A stretch of 64,000 nucleotides of DNA from an uncultured Bacteroidia bacterium (lineage in GTDB: Bacteria; Bacteroidota; Bacteroidia; NS11-12g; UBA9320). Where the stretch lies: assembly GCA_943846675.1 (NCBI GenBank), contig OX044357.1:1408500-1472499 (forward strand), given 5' to 3'. Positions 48,992 to 60,708 of this stretch are shown here, in pieces (the first letter of the stretch is position 1; the number at the start of each line of letters is the position of its first letter). The notes beneath the pieces were generated by a model that saw only the letters and a list, made by a program, of their open reading frames with translations, was not told where the DNA came from and searched no databases. The position numbers were made by a program, and so were the translations under genes.

Positions 48992-51313
48992 TTGTATTTG
49001 AAATATATTCTAACGTTTTGTTCACTAATCATCTTTGCTTTTTCGGCAATGGGTCAGAAAGGTGAAATCAAAGGATTTGTATACAATCAGAAAACGGGAG
49101 AGGCTATACCGTATAGCACCATCGTTGTCGAAAACCAACCCTTAGGCGCATTAACAGATGAATATGGATATTTTACCGTTGGCGATGTAGATCCAGGTAA
49201 ATACAGAATCGTTGCCATATCCGTGGGCTACGACAGCGTTGTAAAGGATATCACCATCAGACCAGGCCAGAGAGATTTAATTAATCTGTTCCTCGCTCCT
49301 AATAAAAATACCCTTGGGCGTGTGGATATTGATCTGGAGCGCAAGAAGAACGAAGCTACGGTGCGTATAAGTGAGGTCAGCATTTCACCGAAGCAACTTA
49401 CCCAAATTCCTACGGTTGGTGGCGAACCAGATTTGGTTCAGTACTTGCAAGTATTGCCTGGTGTGGTGTTCAGTGGAGATCAAGGTGGCCAACTTTATAT
49501 TCGTGGAGGATCACCAATCATGAACAAGGTGTTGTTGGATGGAATGACCATCTACAACCCGTTTCACTCCATTGGGTTATTTTCTGTTTTCGATACAGAT
49601 ATTCTTAAAACAACCGATGTGTATTCCGCCGGCTTTTCTGCCGAATATGGAGGAAGAATCTCTGCAATTGTTGATGTGCAAACCCGTGATGGAAATAGAA
49701 ACGAAATGTCGGGTAAGCTCAATGTCAACCCATTTACAGCGAAAGCTTTAATTGAAGGACCTTTAAAGAGTAAGAATAAAGAGGGAAAGGCGAATGCTTC
49801 GTACATTGTTAGTTATAAGAATAGTTATTTAGACAATACGTCTAACCTGTTTTACAACTACGTAGGAGAAGACCAATTACCATATAGTTTCAGCGATCTG
49901 TATACCAAGTTATCGTTGAACAGCCAGAGTGGTAGTTTTCTGAAACTGTTTTATTTCGATTACAATGACTTGGTGGATTTCCCGAACACAACCACATACG
50001 ATTGGAAATCATCTGGATTTGGCGGGAAGTTTTTGATGGTTCCTCAAGCTTCAAAAAACATCATTGACGGATCATTTGCCTACTCTAAGTACAATATAGA
50101 TCAAATTGAGCAAGATGCTCAGCCAAGAAGTTCGGGTATAGATGGGTTTAATTTAGGATTGAACTTTTCGTATTTCATGAAAGACGCCAAATTGAAGTAT
50201 GGTATGGAACTGAATGGTTTCAAGACCGCATTTCAAATTTATAACGCAGTCAACAGAAGGATTACCCAAGAGAATAATACCACTGAACTTGCAGCTTTTG
50301 TAAATTATAATGCAAAGGTCCAAAACAGATTCATATTTGAACCAGGACTTCGGGTTCAGTTATATGCTTCTTTAGGTAATTCGAGCTGGGAACCAAGGTT
50401 CAGGTTTAAATACCTGATTGGAAAAAGATTACGGTTTAAAATGGCCACCGGTTTATATTCTCAGAACCTAATGAGTGCATCGAGTGATCGAGACGTGGTG
50501 AATTTGTTTTATGGATTTTTAAGCGGTCCAGATGAGTTACCTGATATGGTTGGCACAAAACCAGTAACACACAGAATGCAAACGGCACGTCATTTGGTTG
50601 GCGGCTTTGAAATTGACGCAGATAGTTTGTCGTCGTTTAATATTGAAGGGTATGCTAAAGACTTTACGCAGATCACCAATATCAATAGAGACAAAATTTA
50701 CGACGATAACCTTGAATATGCCGATAAACCAGAGTACCAGCGCAAGGATTACGTTGTTGAAACCGGACTGGCTTATGGTTTTGATATAACCTACAAACGC
50801 CAAACGGATCGTTGGTATTTATGGCTGGTGTATTCGTATAACAACGTTTCTCGTAACGATGGAAGAAGAAAATATCAACCTCATTTTGATAGACGACATA
50901 ACATCAACGTAGTAACTTCGTATGCGTTTGGTGAAGATAAACTTTGGGAAGCGAATGTTAGGTTGAACTTTGGAAGTGGATTCCCATTTACCCTGACGCA
51001 GGGCTTTTACGAGAACTTAACGTTTAATGATGGGACCTCTGATGATTACAGAACAGCGAATGGTGATTTTACGGTGGTGTATGACGAAATCAATCGTGGC
51101 AGATTGCCTTACTATCACCGTCTTGACGCAAGTGTGAAAAGAACAATTGAATTCCGCAAAGACGGCAAACTAACTGACAAACTGATGGAAGTGATTTTGA
51201 GTTGTACCAACATGTACAATCGCGATAATATCTTCTATTTTGATCGTGTTAGCTACAAACGAATAAATCAGCTGCCGATTCTTCCGAGTTTATCTGTTAG
51301 CTATAAATTCTAA
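48992..51313 (+). CDS. TonB-dependent receptor (second copy)
   Basis: CarbopepD_reg-like N-terminus (IKGFVYNQKTGEAIPYSTIVV...ENGYFT), then a plug (PDLVQYLQVLPGVVFSGDQGGQLYIRGG). The apparent start is TTG at 48992. Confidence 0.7.
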   Translation: MYLKYILTFCSLIIFAFSAMGQKGEIKGFVYNQKTGEAIPYSTIVVENQPLGALTDEYGYFTVGDVDPGKYRIVAISVGYDSVVKDITIRPGQRDLINLFLAPNKNTLGRVDIDLERKKNEATVRISEVSISPKQLTQIPTVGGEPDLVQYLQVLPGVVFSGDQGGQLYIRGGSPIMNKVLLDGMTIYNPFHSIGLFSVFDTDILKTTDVYSAGFSAEYGGRISAIVDVQTRDGNRNEMSGKLNVNPFTAKALIEGPLKSKNKEGKANASYIVSYKNSYLDNTSNLFYNYVGEDQLPYSFSDLYTKLSLNSQSGSFLKLFYFDYNDLVDFPNTTTYDWKSSGFGGKFLMVPQASKNIIDGSFAYSKYNIDQIEQDAQPRSSGIDGFNLGLNFSYFMKDAKLKYGMELNGFKTAFQIYNAVNRRITQENNTTELAAFVNYNAKVQNRFIFEPGLRVQLYASLGNSSWEPRFRFKYLIGKRLRFKMATGLYSQNLMSASSDRDVVNLFYGFLSGPDELPDMVGTKPVTHRMQTARHLVGGFEIDADSLSSFNIEGYAKDFTQITNINRDKIYDDNLEYADKPEYQRKDYVVETGLAYGFDITYKRQTDRWYLWLVYSYNNVSRNDGRRKYQPHFDRRHNINVVTSYAFGEDKLWEANVRLNFGSGFPFTLTQGFYENLTFNDGTSDDYRTANGDFTVVYDEINRGRLPYYHRLDASVKRTIEFRKDGKLTDKLMEVILSCTNMYNRDNIFYFDRVSYKRINQLPILPSLSVSYKF

Positions 51314-51337
51314 TTCTATTCGCCCTATTTTTGTTTC

Positions 51338-51805
51338 ATGCGGATAAGCCTATTTTTCATTGTTCTTGTTATGTGCACGGTTAAAGTGAACGCACAGGAC
51401 TGGACATTAAATAGCGCTATAGGAACGTCTTATTCTGGAATCAATCACAACATAACCGCTCAGCGAAATTTTAATCATTGGCATGTTAGTGTTGGCCCAA
51501 GTTTTAATTATGGCAAGAACAAACTACCGTGGTCGGCAACACCAGGAATAAACGTTCAAACGGGATATAACCTTATCGATTCTGGCGCTATTCAAACAAA
51601 GGCATTTGTAAGCTATCTTTTACTACCAATTCAGGAAGCTACAATTCAGGAAGTGAATCTTGGATACACCATGATGTTTAGGCTCACACCAAAATTACAA
51701 GCTACCAATAGTGTTGGTTTTGGTGGCTATGGAGAGACCGCAGAACACTACTCAATTAATGGATTTTCGTATTGCATAAATTTTGGACTTTCATATCGAT
51801 TGTAG
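51338..51805 (+). CDS. Small outer-membrane beta-barrel-like hypothetical protein
   Basis: Signal peptide and alternating beta pattern (OmpW/OmpA-barrel-like), 155 aa. Confidence 0.4.
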   Translation: MRISLFFIVLVMCTVKVNAQDWTLNSAIGTSYSGINHNITAQRNFNHWHVSVGPSFNYGKNKLPWSATPGINVQTGYNLIDSGAIQTKAFVSYLLLPIQEATIQEVNLGYTMMFRLTPKLQATNSVGFGGYGETAEHYSINGFSYCINFGLSYRL

Positions 51806-52611
51806 TTGCCTTAACTGGATGCAATGACGCAACAATATCAAAAGACGGTATTGTCGTATTAGGTCATGCCGGGTCTGGCTTTCCAAGTGTCAATAATCAC
51901 TATCCAACCAACTCTAAACTAAGTATTACGCAAGCCTTGTTGTCTCAAGGTGCTGATGGGGTAGAAGTCGATATTCAAATTACTGCAGACTCGCAAATCG
52001 TATTGTATCATGATCGAAAGCTGGAGTCTGGAACAAACGATACAGGTTATATCTCTCAAAAAACTTGGGCCGAACTTCAAACCGTAAGCAGGCGAGATGG
52101 CCAAACGACTATCTATAATGATGTTGGGCTTTGGCGATTATGTGATTTATTCAAATACATTGATAGCCTCCAGTTGGATGTCTTTCTATTTTTAAACATC
52201 CAAAATCAATATGAGGTTAGTGATCAAAAGTCATACAATAGGCTACTTGAAAATGCCTTAAGCAAAGCTCTAGGTAAATACTCCAATTTATCTAAAACCA
52301 TTGTAGAAACTAGAGATCACGATTGCATTGTAAAGCTAAAATTTCTAGAGAAAGTAATGGGGTTCAAACTTTTTTTTACTGCGCCAATCACAGATGAAAA
52401 TATCGATAAAACGGGTCTATATGTTTCGGGTTTTGTTGTGAATTATTTGGACGAAACCAGTGCAACTATTCAAAAAGCAAAAGACGCAGGCTTCGAGATT
52501 GCTTTGTATGGAGTTAAAATCCGTCAGGATATTTCACCTGCAATTAAATTCGAACCAGACTACATTCAGACCGACAATATTCCATTGACGTTGTCGTATT
52601 TGGGAAGATAA
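51772..52611 (+). CDS. Glycerophosphodiester phosphodiesterase (GDPD)-family lipoprotein
   Basis: Lipobox LTGC. VLGHAGSG...GADGVEVDIQITADSQIVLYHD fits the GDPD catalytic His/Glu/Asp region. The apparent TTG start overlaps the previous ORF by 34 nt. Confidence 0.6.
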   Translation: MHKFWTFISIVVALTGCNDATISKDGIVVLGHAGSGFPSVNNHYPTNSKLSITQALLSQGADGVEVDIQITADSQIVLYHDRKLESGTNDTGYISQKTWAELQTVSRRDGQTTIYNDVGLWRLCDLFKYIDSLQLDVFLFLNIQNQYEVSDQKSYNRLLENALSKALGKYSNLSKTIVETRDHDCIVKLKFLEKVMGFKLFFTAPITDENIDKTGLYVSGFVVNYLDETSATIQKAKDAGFEIALYGVKIRQDISPAIKFEPDYIQTDNIPLTLSYLGR

Positions 52612-52811
52612 ATCATTCAAATTTAAATTTTTTTTCATGTCGAAAGTCCTAGGCATAACGCGCCATTTCGACATTTTAGCATTGCTGCATTGTATAAACA
52701 CATGCAACCATTTTGACATCTGTCAGACAAATTAATGAAACGTTTCGAGGAATGCTGAAAACTCGCTGTTGGTTCAGTACAGAGTAAGCAGAACTACTAA
52801 TATTTAATAAA

Positions 52812-55466
52812 ATGCTAAAACTATTCAAAACCCTAATAGCGGTGTGCCTTGTCGTAACGTTTTCTGACGCATCAGCTCAAAGCAATTACAAATACCGACT
52901 CAAAAAAATGCAGGCTGAAAACGCCAAAATAGAAAAATACATTCGGGCTAATGTGGCTAATACACCAAGAGCCGATATCAATGCTTTTATCAAAACGCTT
53001 ATACCGACTGCCGACCATCCAAAAAAATTCACACAGAGTGAAATAGATGCTAGTGTCAAAACCTTTAAAAAACGCTATTGGAGGATTCATTATTTTTCAA
53101 AGTACCCTGCTGTTTATTCACTTTTTACGGATCAACCCGTTTTAAATTGTGAGAATGGTGACTTTGAAGACGGAAATTTAAATGGATTTATCTTAGAGTC
53201 TAGCGATGCCTCAACAGGAGACGGTTATAATGGGGGGCATTGTGACTGGGATCCAACATCAATTATGTATACACCCGAATTTGAAGGTTTTAATGAAGAT
53301 AATTTTTTAATCGTAGATGATACTGAGCAAGACTCAATAACAGGGTTTGATATGGTTCATGGGGGTAACTTTGCTGTAAAGTTGAACAGTTCTAAGCCAC
53401 TAGAAACGGCACTTCTGGGGAATAATCTATGCTATCCTTACAAAGGCGTTCAGAAGCTTAGCAAGAAAATAGTTCTTGAGTCGACTGGTGAGGAGCTATC
53501 GTTATATTTTGCACTAGTTTTGGAAGAGGCGGGTCACATTGCGGTTGAAGATCAGCCCATGTTCATCGCTCTCGCACGTGCTGAAAATGGGACTGTATTG
53601 GACAAAATATGTAATGTCGCTATCCCAGGCCCATTCTTTGATGAATATGAAACTGAAAATGATGCCGACTGCCCTCATAACACCGTATTGGGCAAAGATT
53701 GGGATTGTGAAAGTTTAGAGGTCTCAGGAGATATTGGTGATACGATCACCCTTGAAATTTACGTAACAGACTGTGGTGCTGGCGGTCATTTTGGCTATGC
53801 CTATGTGGATGACATCTGTGAGCCCTGTATCAAAGATTCGTGTAACAACACTGGTGGTATCGATTTAAACCCAAGCGATCCCTGTTTCGATACGGAAGGT
53901 TTTTTTCAAGTATGCGGAACATACACTCTTCCCGCTTTAAATTGTGAAGACGGTACTTTGGAAAACATTCAATTATACGTTGTTCAAGGCACGGACGAAA
54001 CCTTGTTAACCCTAGATGCGAGTCAAATTAATATTAATGAAGACGACCAAATTTTTTGCTTTACCCTGGCTGCGGATGATTTTCCTAGTGTAACTGATGA
54101 TAACTATGACTTCTTAGTTGTAGCAACCTTTGAAATTGACAACGAGACTTTCACTCAAAATGACTACAACACAAATCCGGGTGAAACCAATGATGTGGAA
54201 TTTGATTGTACACCGGTGTGTTGCCGTGTTAGGCCTAATGAAAACTCAATCCAAAACCCTCAGTTTAGTGGTGGTTTAGGTGGATTTGGCTCTGAATACG
54301 ACATGGTTTCTACCATCGACTATGCATCAATTTATCCTGGAGCAGTAACTGTTGGAGACTCTTCTGACGGTTTGGTAATCTCATCAACATGGGATGTTGG
54401 ATGCAACGACGGTAATAATCACTTATTCGTAAATGGTTTAACTGGCCAAACAGGGTCGTCGGTAATCTATAGCAACACGGTTCAAGTTAGTGAAGGTCGA
54501 TACACCTTCTGTGGTAATTTTAAGAACTTGGCACAATGTGGATTCGACGTACTGCCTACAATAACCATCCGTTTTGATGGTGTTACGGGATATGACCTCG
54601 AAGACGTGGTAATTGATGTAGCCGATGCGGGTTGTGATTGGCAGTTACTTAATCAAATAATTGACGTGCCTGGTGGGTTATCTTATATAGATATTGAGAT
54701 CATTTTGGATGAAACGCCTTTGGGTGACGGCAATGACTTAGCCATCGACAACCTTGTGTTTGCTGAGATTGATGCTGTTCCTGCCAATCAAATGTTATTT
54801 GACATTACGCCAATTCCACTCACCACTACTACCTATACGTTTGAAGCAGAACCGATATCTACGATTCCCAATAGCTGCAGCTACTCTTGGACTGTGGCAG
54901 AAATAGACGGTGCTTTTGATGATATTCCTGGAACGGTAGTTGAAAACCCCATTGAATGGCAAACGTACCCAGACGTAAATGAATTTATCGGTTACAACGG
55001 AACAAATACCCTCAGCGGAACTAACCCAGGTGTATTTCAACTGTCGGAGACCTATAGAATCACCTTTACTAAGTGGTGTGAATGCTTGTTACCAAGTTCG
55101 AGAACATATCATTCGTTTCCGGGCAAGTCTTCGGCACGTGTGCCTACCTTAAAACTCGTTGAAGAAAAGAATACAACGTCTAAGCGGTCAGAAGCACATC
55201 TGGGTGATGACAATATGCTTAACAGCGCGTCTTTAGGTGTTTATCCGAGTCCAACAAAAGAATACATTAATGTAGATCTGAGATTAATTGGACGGTCTAA
55301 CGTTGACATACTCGATAATCAAGGGAAGGTTGTCCGTTCAGATAAATTGGATGGGGCTGAGGTCAAATCTTTTAAAATTGATGACTTAGGCCAGGGCGTG
55401 TACTTCGTCAAGGTTACTGAACTTTCTTCAGGCAAAACCTTTGTCCAGAAGTTTGTAAAACAATAG
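52812..55466 (+). CDS. Large Cys-rich secreted protein with a T9SS (Por) C-terminal sorting domain
   Basis: Signal peptide. The C-terminal about 80 aa (...LGVYPSPTKEYINVDL...GQGVYFVKVTELSSGKTFVQKFVKQ) match the T9SS CTD pattern. Confidence 0.65.
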   Translation: MLKLFKTLIAVCLVVTFSDASAQSNYKYRLKKMQAENAKIEKYIRANVANTPRADINAFIKTLIPTADHPKKFTQSEIDASVKTFKKRYWRIHYFSKYPAVYSLFTDQPVLNCENGDFEDGNLNGFILESSDASTGDGYNGGHCDWDPTSIMYTPEFEGFNEDNFLIVDDTEQDSITGFDMVHGGNFAVKLNSSKPLETALLGNNLCYPYKGVQKLSKKIVLESTGEELSLYFALVLEEAGHIAVEDQPMFIALARAENGTVLDKICNVAIPGPFFDEYETENDADCPHNTVLGKDWDCESLEVSGDIGDTITLEIYVTDCGAGGHFGYAYVDDICEPCIKDSCNNTGGIDLNPSDPCFDTEGFFQVCGTYTLPALNCEDGTLENIQLYVVQGTDETLLTLDASQININEDDQIFCFTLAADDFPSVTDDNYDFLVVATFEIDNETFTQNDYNTNPGETNDVEFDCTPVCCRVRPNENSIQNPQFSGGLGGFGSEYDMVSTIDYASIYPGAVTVGDSSDGLVISSTWDVGCNDGNNHLFVNGLTGQTGSSVIYSNTVQVSEGRYTFCGNFKNLAQCGFDVLPTITIRFDGVTGYDLEDVVIDVADAGCDWQLLNQIIDVPGGLSYIDIEIILDETPLGDGNDLAIDNLVFAEIDAVPANQMLFDITPIPLTTTTYTFEAEPISTIPNSCSYSWTVAEIDGAFDDIPGTVVENPIEWQTYPDVNEFIGYNGTNTLSGTNPGVFQLSETYRITFTKWCECLLPSSRTYHSFPGKSSARVPTLKLVEEKNTTSKRSEAHLGDDNMLNSASLGVYPSPTKEYINVDLRLIGRSNVDILDNQGKVVRSDKLDGAEVKSFKIDDLGQGVYFVKVTELSSGKTFVQKFVKQ

Positions 55467-55493
55467 CATAACCATAGTAAATAGTACAAATAA

Positions 55494-55525
55494 AAGGGGG
55501 TGGCTACGGTCACCCTTTTTGTATT
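55494..55525 (+). terminator. Rho-independent terminator after the T9SS cargo gene
   Basis: aaaagggggtggc-tac-ggtcaccc followed by tttttg (imperfect stem plus T-run). Confidence 0.5.
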
Positions 55526-55605
55526 TTGAGAATTGAGGAATGTCATGCGCCTTATGACGAATATCAATGTCAGCACGGTGTACCTTGATTTGAATAAGGG
55601 CACCT

Positions 55606-56859
55606 TTGCACCTAATTTCCAATGTAGCTATGACCTGGACCAAAAAGTCTCATCAAGAGATAAAAGAAATCGTTTTTTCGGCATTAGATAAGAATGTTAA
55701 TTACAGTACCAAAGGCGTATTGGGTATACCTGCTTCTTACCTCGACGACAAGGTCTTTAATCAAGACGATGCATTTTTGGACAATGCGCCCTATATATCG
55801 TCTTTAATCAAAAACCCAAATCACATTGGTTGCCATACCAGAGGAAGTTCGGAGTCATTTTTCTCGGGCACACAACAAATTGAGCGCGACTTAATCGAAA
55901 TGTGTGCCGTTGATATATTGAAAGGTAAACCCATGGAGTTTGATGGTTACGTAGCTTCAGGCGGAACTGAAGCCAATATCCAAGCTATATGGATATATCG
56001 AAACTACTTTGTTAGAGAGCACAATGCCCAACTCAATGAGATAACCATTTTGTGTAGTGCTGACAGCCATTATTCTATGGACAAAGCAGGTAACTTATTG
56101 GTTCTTGACGTGCACAAGGTTCCAGTTGATCTTGATACACGCGAGGTAGCAGAAGTTGATGTACTGGAAACGATTAAAACAGCTAAACAGCAAGGCAAAA
56201 AATACTTCATCGTTATTAGTAACATGATGACGACCATGTTTGGGTCAGTCGATTCAGTTCAGTCATATACCAATGCCTTAGCAAAAGAGGAAGTCGAGTA
56301 TAAGCTTCATATTGATGGTGCCTATGGCGGATTTTATTATCCTTTTACCGAAGGCGATACGTCATTAAACTTTAGAAATGAGCACATTACCTCAGTAACC
56401 TTGGACGCCCATAAAATGGCTCAAGCGCCTTACGGAACGGGTATATTCTTGATTCGAAAGGGATTTATTCAATATGCCAATACCCAAGAAGCGAGTTATG
56501 TGGAAGGGGAGGACTGTACCTTGATTGGCAGTAGGTCAGGAGCTAACGCAGTGGCCATATGGATGATTTTAACGAAAAATGGGCCTTTCGGTTGGTAAGA
56601 GAAAGTTTTCATTCTTCAAAAAAGAACAGAATGGATGTGTAAACAGGTCGATGCATTAAAGGTTGCATATTACCGACATCCGCGTTCCAACATCATCACC
56701 ATTCGGGCAGAATCTATTGCACATAGCATTGCAGAAAAGCATGGTTTGGTTCCAGACAATCACAACGACCCTTCCTGGTTCAAAATTGTTATCATGGAAC
56801 ACGTCACAATTGAAAAATTAATGCCGTTGGTTAACGACTTAAAGGCTTTAAACGTTTAA
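55606..56859 (+). pseudogene. Group II PLP-dependent decarboxylase (tyrosine/glutamate decarboxylase-like) interrupted by one in-frame TAA at 56596-56598
   Basis: ORFs 55606..56598 and 56635..56859 are in the same frame. The read-through is ...NGPFGW*EKVFILQKRTEWMCKQVDALK.... The PLP-lysine region DAHKMAQAPYGTGIFL is in the first part and a C-terminal small-domain-like segment is in the second. Confidence 0.55.
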
Positions 56860-56887
56860 GCCAAAAAAAGTCTGCTTTGTAGATGGG

Positions 56888-57283
56888 TCAGAAGATGGTG
56901 GGTAAGTCAATAATATCCCGGACTAAGAAAACATCTCCGAATTCATTTTCGAGTTTCATCATGAGTTTCTGGGCATCAATCTTACGATAGAAGTTCCCTA
57001 CGCGAACTTTCCAATTTGGCTGATAATAATCTGTATAGATTTCGGTCGATAACTCTGGATATCTGGATTTTAACAGTTGTTCTGTCTTTTTAGCTTCCTT
57101 TCGATCGTTGCCAAAATAGACCTGAATACGATACCCCCAAAGGTCAGTTGTATCTACGCTGGCAATCTTTTTATCGAGTAACAATTCAACTTCCGCATCA
57201 CCTATTACTTCTACATTCCCGTCTTGGCTGAAAGCAACAAAACTTGAGGTAAGTAATATGAGTAATGCGTAAATCCCTTTCAT
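56888..57283 (-). CDS. SPOR-domain protein
   Basis: Signal peptide. The C-terminal YRIQVYFGNDRKEAKKTEQLLKSRYP...WKVRVGNFYRKIDAQKLMMKL fits the SPOR fold pattern. Confidence 0.55.
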   Translation of the reverse strand: MKGIYALLILLTSSFVAFSQDGNVEVIGDAEVELLLDKKIASVDTTDLWGYRIQVYFGNDRKEAKKTEQLLKSRYPELSTEIYTDYYQPNWKVRVGNFYRKIDAQKLMMKLENEFGDVFLVRDIIDLPTIF

Positions 57284-57293
57284 TTATCCGAAT

Positions 57294-60200
57294 TTAAGCA
57301 TTGATACCGTGACATTTCTTATATTTTTTTCCACTTCCACAAGGACATGGTTCATTTCTCCCAACCTTCTTTTCTACACGAACAGGTTGCGTATTTTCCT
57401 TAGTTACTTGTTGTGGAGCAGAGGCTGTCGGCCCAACTTCTTGTGGTCTACTTGTTTGTAAACCGTCGTCTGCTGGACGTCTTTGGCGTTGTGCTTCATT
57501 AACTTGACCAGGGTCTTGGTTTTCTATAAATCCTCTGAACAACAAGGAAAGCATTTCTGAATTCAGTGTGCTAACCATTTGTTTGAAGAGGTTGAAAGAC
57601 TCTAGTTTGTATATCAATAATGGATCTTTTTGTTCTAAAGAGGCATTATTAGCCGCTTGTTTCAAATCATCCAGTTCACGTAAATGCTCTTTCCAGTGTT
57701 CGTCAATACTTGACAAAACCGTCATTCGCTCAAATGAGTCGATTAAATGATCACCCGTACTTGCAATGGTTTTATCCAAATCAACAATAACACGTAAACC
57801 TTTAGTACCATCCGTAAAGGGTACATATACGTTTTTAACCGTGTCTCCTTTGTTGTTTTTTATTCCTGTTAATACCGGAAGGGCTTGTTCTTTGATATAG
57901 GTGTTTTTCTTTTGGTAGTGATTTAACATACCATCAAAAACTTCTTGTACGATATCCGACTTGCCGCTAATAAAGGCTTCTTCTGAAACGCTAGGTTCGT
58001 TAGCCAATACGCGTAAACATTCTAGTTTAAAACCTTCATAGTCCTGACTGTCTTGATATACAGCAACTGCCTCATCACACCAGTCGTACAGGGCATTGTT
58101 TATATCAACCGATAACCGTTCTCCGTATAGTGCGTGACGTCTTTTCGCATACACAGCTTCACGCTGTTTGTTCATCACGTCATCGTATTCAAGCAATCGC
58201 TTACGCATACCAAAGTGGTTTTGCTCCACTTTTTTCTGGTTTCGTTCAATAGACTTGGTGAGCATCGAATGTTGAATTACCTCACCTTCTTCATAACCAA
58301 AACGGTCCATCATTTTGACCACCTTGTCCGAATTGAATAGACGCATCAAATCGTCTTCAAGCGAAACAAAGAATTGAGATGAACCCGGATCTCCTTGACG
58401 ACCAGCACGACCACGTAGCTGACGGTCAACCCGTCTAGACTCATGTCGTTCTGTACCAATAATAGCCAAACCACCAGAATCGAGTACTTCTTGACTAAGC
58501 TTAATGTCGGTACCACGACCTGCCATGTTTGTTGCAATGGTTACACCACCAACATAACCGGCTTCAGCAACGATTTCTGCTTCTCGTTGATGCTGTTTTG
58601 CGTTTAACACATTGTGTTTGATTTTACGCATATTCAACATCTTCCCAAGGATTTCAGATACTTCTACAGATGTTGTACCTACAAGAACCGGTCGACCTTC
58701 CTGCTGCAATTTCAGGATTTCATCAATTACCGCGTTATACTTCTCACGCTTGGTTTTGTATATTAAATCTTCTCTATCGTCACGAATGATTGGCTTGTTT
58801 GTTGGAACTACAGTGACATCCAGTTTGTAGATTTCCCATAATTCACCCGCTTCCGTTTCAGCCGTACCCGTCATACCACTGAGCTTGTGATACATTCTGA
58901 AATAGTTTTGTAACGTAATGGTGGCAAAGGTTTGTGTAGCATCTTCTACTTTCACGTTCTCCTTAGCCTCAATAGCTTGGTGTAACCCATCGCTATATCG
59001 ACGTCCTTCCATTACACGACCTGTTTGTTCGTCAACAATTTTTACCTTGTTTTCTTGAACAATATATTCAATGTCTTTTTCAAATAAAGTGTATGCTTTA
59101 AGCAGTTGGTTTACCGAGTGGATTCTTTCTGATTTTACAGAGAAATCGCGCATCAGTTCGTCTTTGCGACGTACTTTCTCATCATTCGATAAACTTGACT
59201 TTTCTAGTTCAGCAACTTCACCACCAACATCAGGTATAATGAAGAAACTTGAATCTTCACCCGCTGATGTTATTAAGTCAATACCTTTATCGGTAAGTTC
59301 TACTTGATTGTTTTTTTCATCAATCGTGAAAAACAGGTGTTCGTCCACCTTAGGCATTTCCTTTTGATTGTCTTGCAGGTAGAAATTTTCCGTTTTAAGC
59401 ATGAGGGCCTTTGTGCCTGTTTCGCCTAAAAACTTAATTAAAGGTTTACTTTTAGGAAGTCCGCGTTGTGCTTGAAAAAGTTTAAATCCACCTTCTTTAT
59501 CGTTGCCTTCACCAATTAGTCTTTTTGCTTCAAGCAAAGCACCACTTAAGTACTTTTTTTGTGCCTCTACCAATCGTTGAATACGTGGTTTAAGTTCAGC
59601 AAACTCGTGCTGATCACCTTTTGGAATTGCTCCAGATATGATTAATGGCGTACGTGCGTCATCTACAAGTACAGAATCCACTTCATCAATCATGGCGTAA
59701 TGATGTTTTCGTTGCACAAGATCCGAAGTGTCGTGTGCCATGTTATCACGCAAGTAATCGAAGCCAAATTCGTTATTGGTACCGTAGGTAATATCCGCTA
59801 AATACGCTTGTTTTCGTTCTTCTGAATTTGGTCTGTAGTAATCTAAACAGTCCACTGTGATGCCATGAAACTGAAATATTGGCGCATTCCATTCACAGTC
59901 ACGTCGTGATAAATAATCATTCACCGTTACGATGTGTACACCTCTACCAGATAGAGCGTTTAAGTAGGCTGGCAAGGTAGACACTAACGTTTTACCTTCC
60001 CCCGTAGCCATCTCGGCAATTTTACCTTTATGTAATACAACTCCACCAATTAACTGAACATCGTAGTGAACCATGTTCCAGTTGACTTCAGCACCTGCTG
60101 CAAGCCATTTGGTGTGGTAAACGACATCTGAACCCTTGATTTCAATATGCGGTCTAGACGCCGCTAAATCACGATCATAATCCGTTGCCGTTGCAAATAC

Positions 60201-60593
60201 CGTATCTTCTTCAGTGAATCGTCGAGCTGTCTCTTTAACTAAGGCAAAGGCCTCAGGTAGAATTTCTTCTAGAACAACTTCTAAAGACTCATTTCTTTTG
60301 TCTTCTAGTTTGTCGATTTCGTTATACCAAGCTTCTTTTTCATTAACCATATCGAATGAAGCCGCGTCAATCTGATCGCGAAGCACTTTGATTTCTGAAT
60401 CGATATCCGACAGATGGTCAGCAATTCGTGCTCGAAACTCTGTCGTTTTGGCTCTTAGCGCATCATGGCTTAAGCCGGTATATTGTGTATAATAACCATT
60501 TACTTGATCTACAAATGGTTGTAATTCTTTAAAGTCTCGCCCTGCTTTACTCCCGAAAATGCCTGAAAAGCCCTTTACAATGTTGCCTAGCAT
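57294..60593 (-). CDS. secA: Preprotein translocase ATPase SecA
   Basis: 1099 aa. DEAD-like motor motifs ([41 protein letters not shown]) and the C-terminal zinc finger [14 protein letters not shown]. Confidence 0.95.
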   Translation of the reverse strand: MLGNIVKGFSGIFGSKAGRDFKELQPFVDQVNGYYTQYTGLSHDALRAKTTEFRARIADHLSDIDSEIKVLRDQIDAASFDMVNEKEAWYNEIDKLEDKRNESLEVVLEEILPEAFALVKETARRFTEEDTVFATATDYDRDLAASRPHIEIKGSDVVYHTKWLAAGAEVNWNMVHYDVQLIGGVVLHKGKIAEMATGEGKTLVSTLPAYLNALSGRGVHIVTVNDYLSRRDCEWNAPIFQFHGITVDCLDYYRPNSEERKQAYLADITYGTNNEFGFDYLRDNMAHDTSDLVQRKHHYAMIDEVDSVLVDDARTPLIISGAIPKGDQHEFAELKPRIQRLVEAQKKYLSGALLEAKRLIGEGNDKEGGFKLFQAQRGLPKSKPLIKFLGETGTKALMLKTENFYLQDNQKEMPKVDEHLFFTIDEKNNQVELTDKGIDLITSAGEDSSFFIIPDVGGEVAELEKSSLSNDEKVRRKDELMRDFSVKSERIHSVNQLLKAYTLFEKDIEYIVQENKVKIVDEQTGRVMEGRRYSDGLHQAIEAKENVKVEDATQTFATITLQNYFRMYHKLSGMTGTAETEAGELWEIYKLDVTVVPTNKPIIRDDREDLIYKTKREKYNAVIDEILKLQQEGRPVLVGTTSVEVSEILGKMLNMRKIKHNVLNAKQHQREAEIVAEAGYVGGVTIATNMAGRGTDIKLSQEVLDSGGLAIIGTERHESRRVDRQLRGRAGRQGDPGSSQFFVSLEDDLMRLFNSDKVVKMMDRFGYEEGEVIQHSMLTKSIERNQKKVEQNHFGMRKRLLEYDDVMNKQREAVYAKRRHALYGERLSVDINNALYDWCDEAVAVYQDSQDYEGFKLECLRVLANEPSVSEEAFISGKSDIVQEVFDGMLNHYQKKNTYIKEQALPVLTGIKNNKGDTVKNVYVPFTDGTKGLRVIVDLDKTIASTGDHLIDSFERMTVLSSIDEHWKEHLRELDDLKQAANNASLEQKDPLLIYKLESFNLFKQMVSTLNSEMLSLLFRGFIENQDPGQVNEAQRQRRPADDGLQTSRPQEVGPTASAPQQVTKENTQPVRVEKKVGRNEPCPCGSGKKYKKCHGINA

Positions 60594-60654
60594 ATAAATA
60601 TATTATCCGCGTTATAATCCCAGATGGTCTAAGATATAGTTGGTGTATGTATAA

Positions 60655-60693
60655 AATCATGCCAAAGCCCAATATGGCAATAATGGCATGATT
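60655..60693. terminator. 10-bp perfect-stem hairpin (aatcatgcca...tggcatgatt) downstream of the lipoprotein gene and upstream of secA
   Basis: Read directly from the sequence; loop of about 19 nt. Confidence 0.4.
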
Positions 60694-60708
60694 TGTTGAT
60701 GTGTTAAG

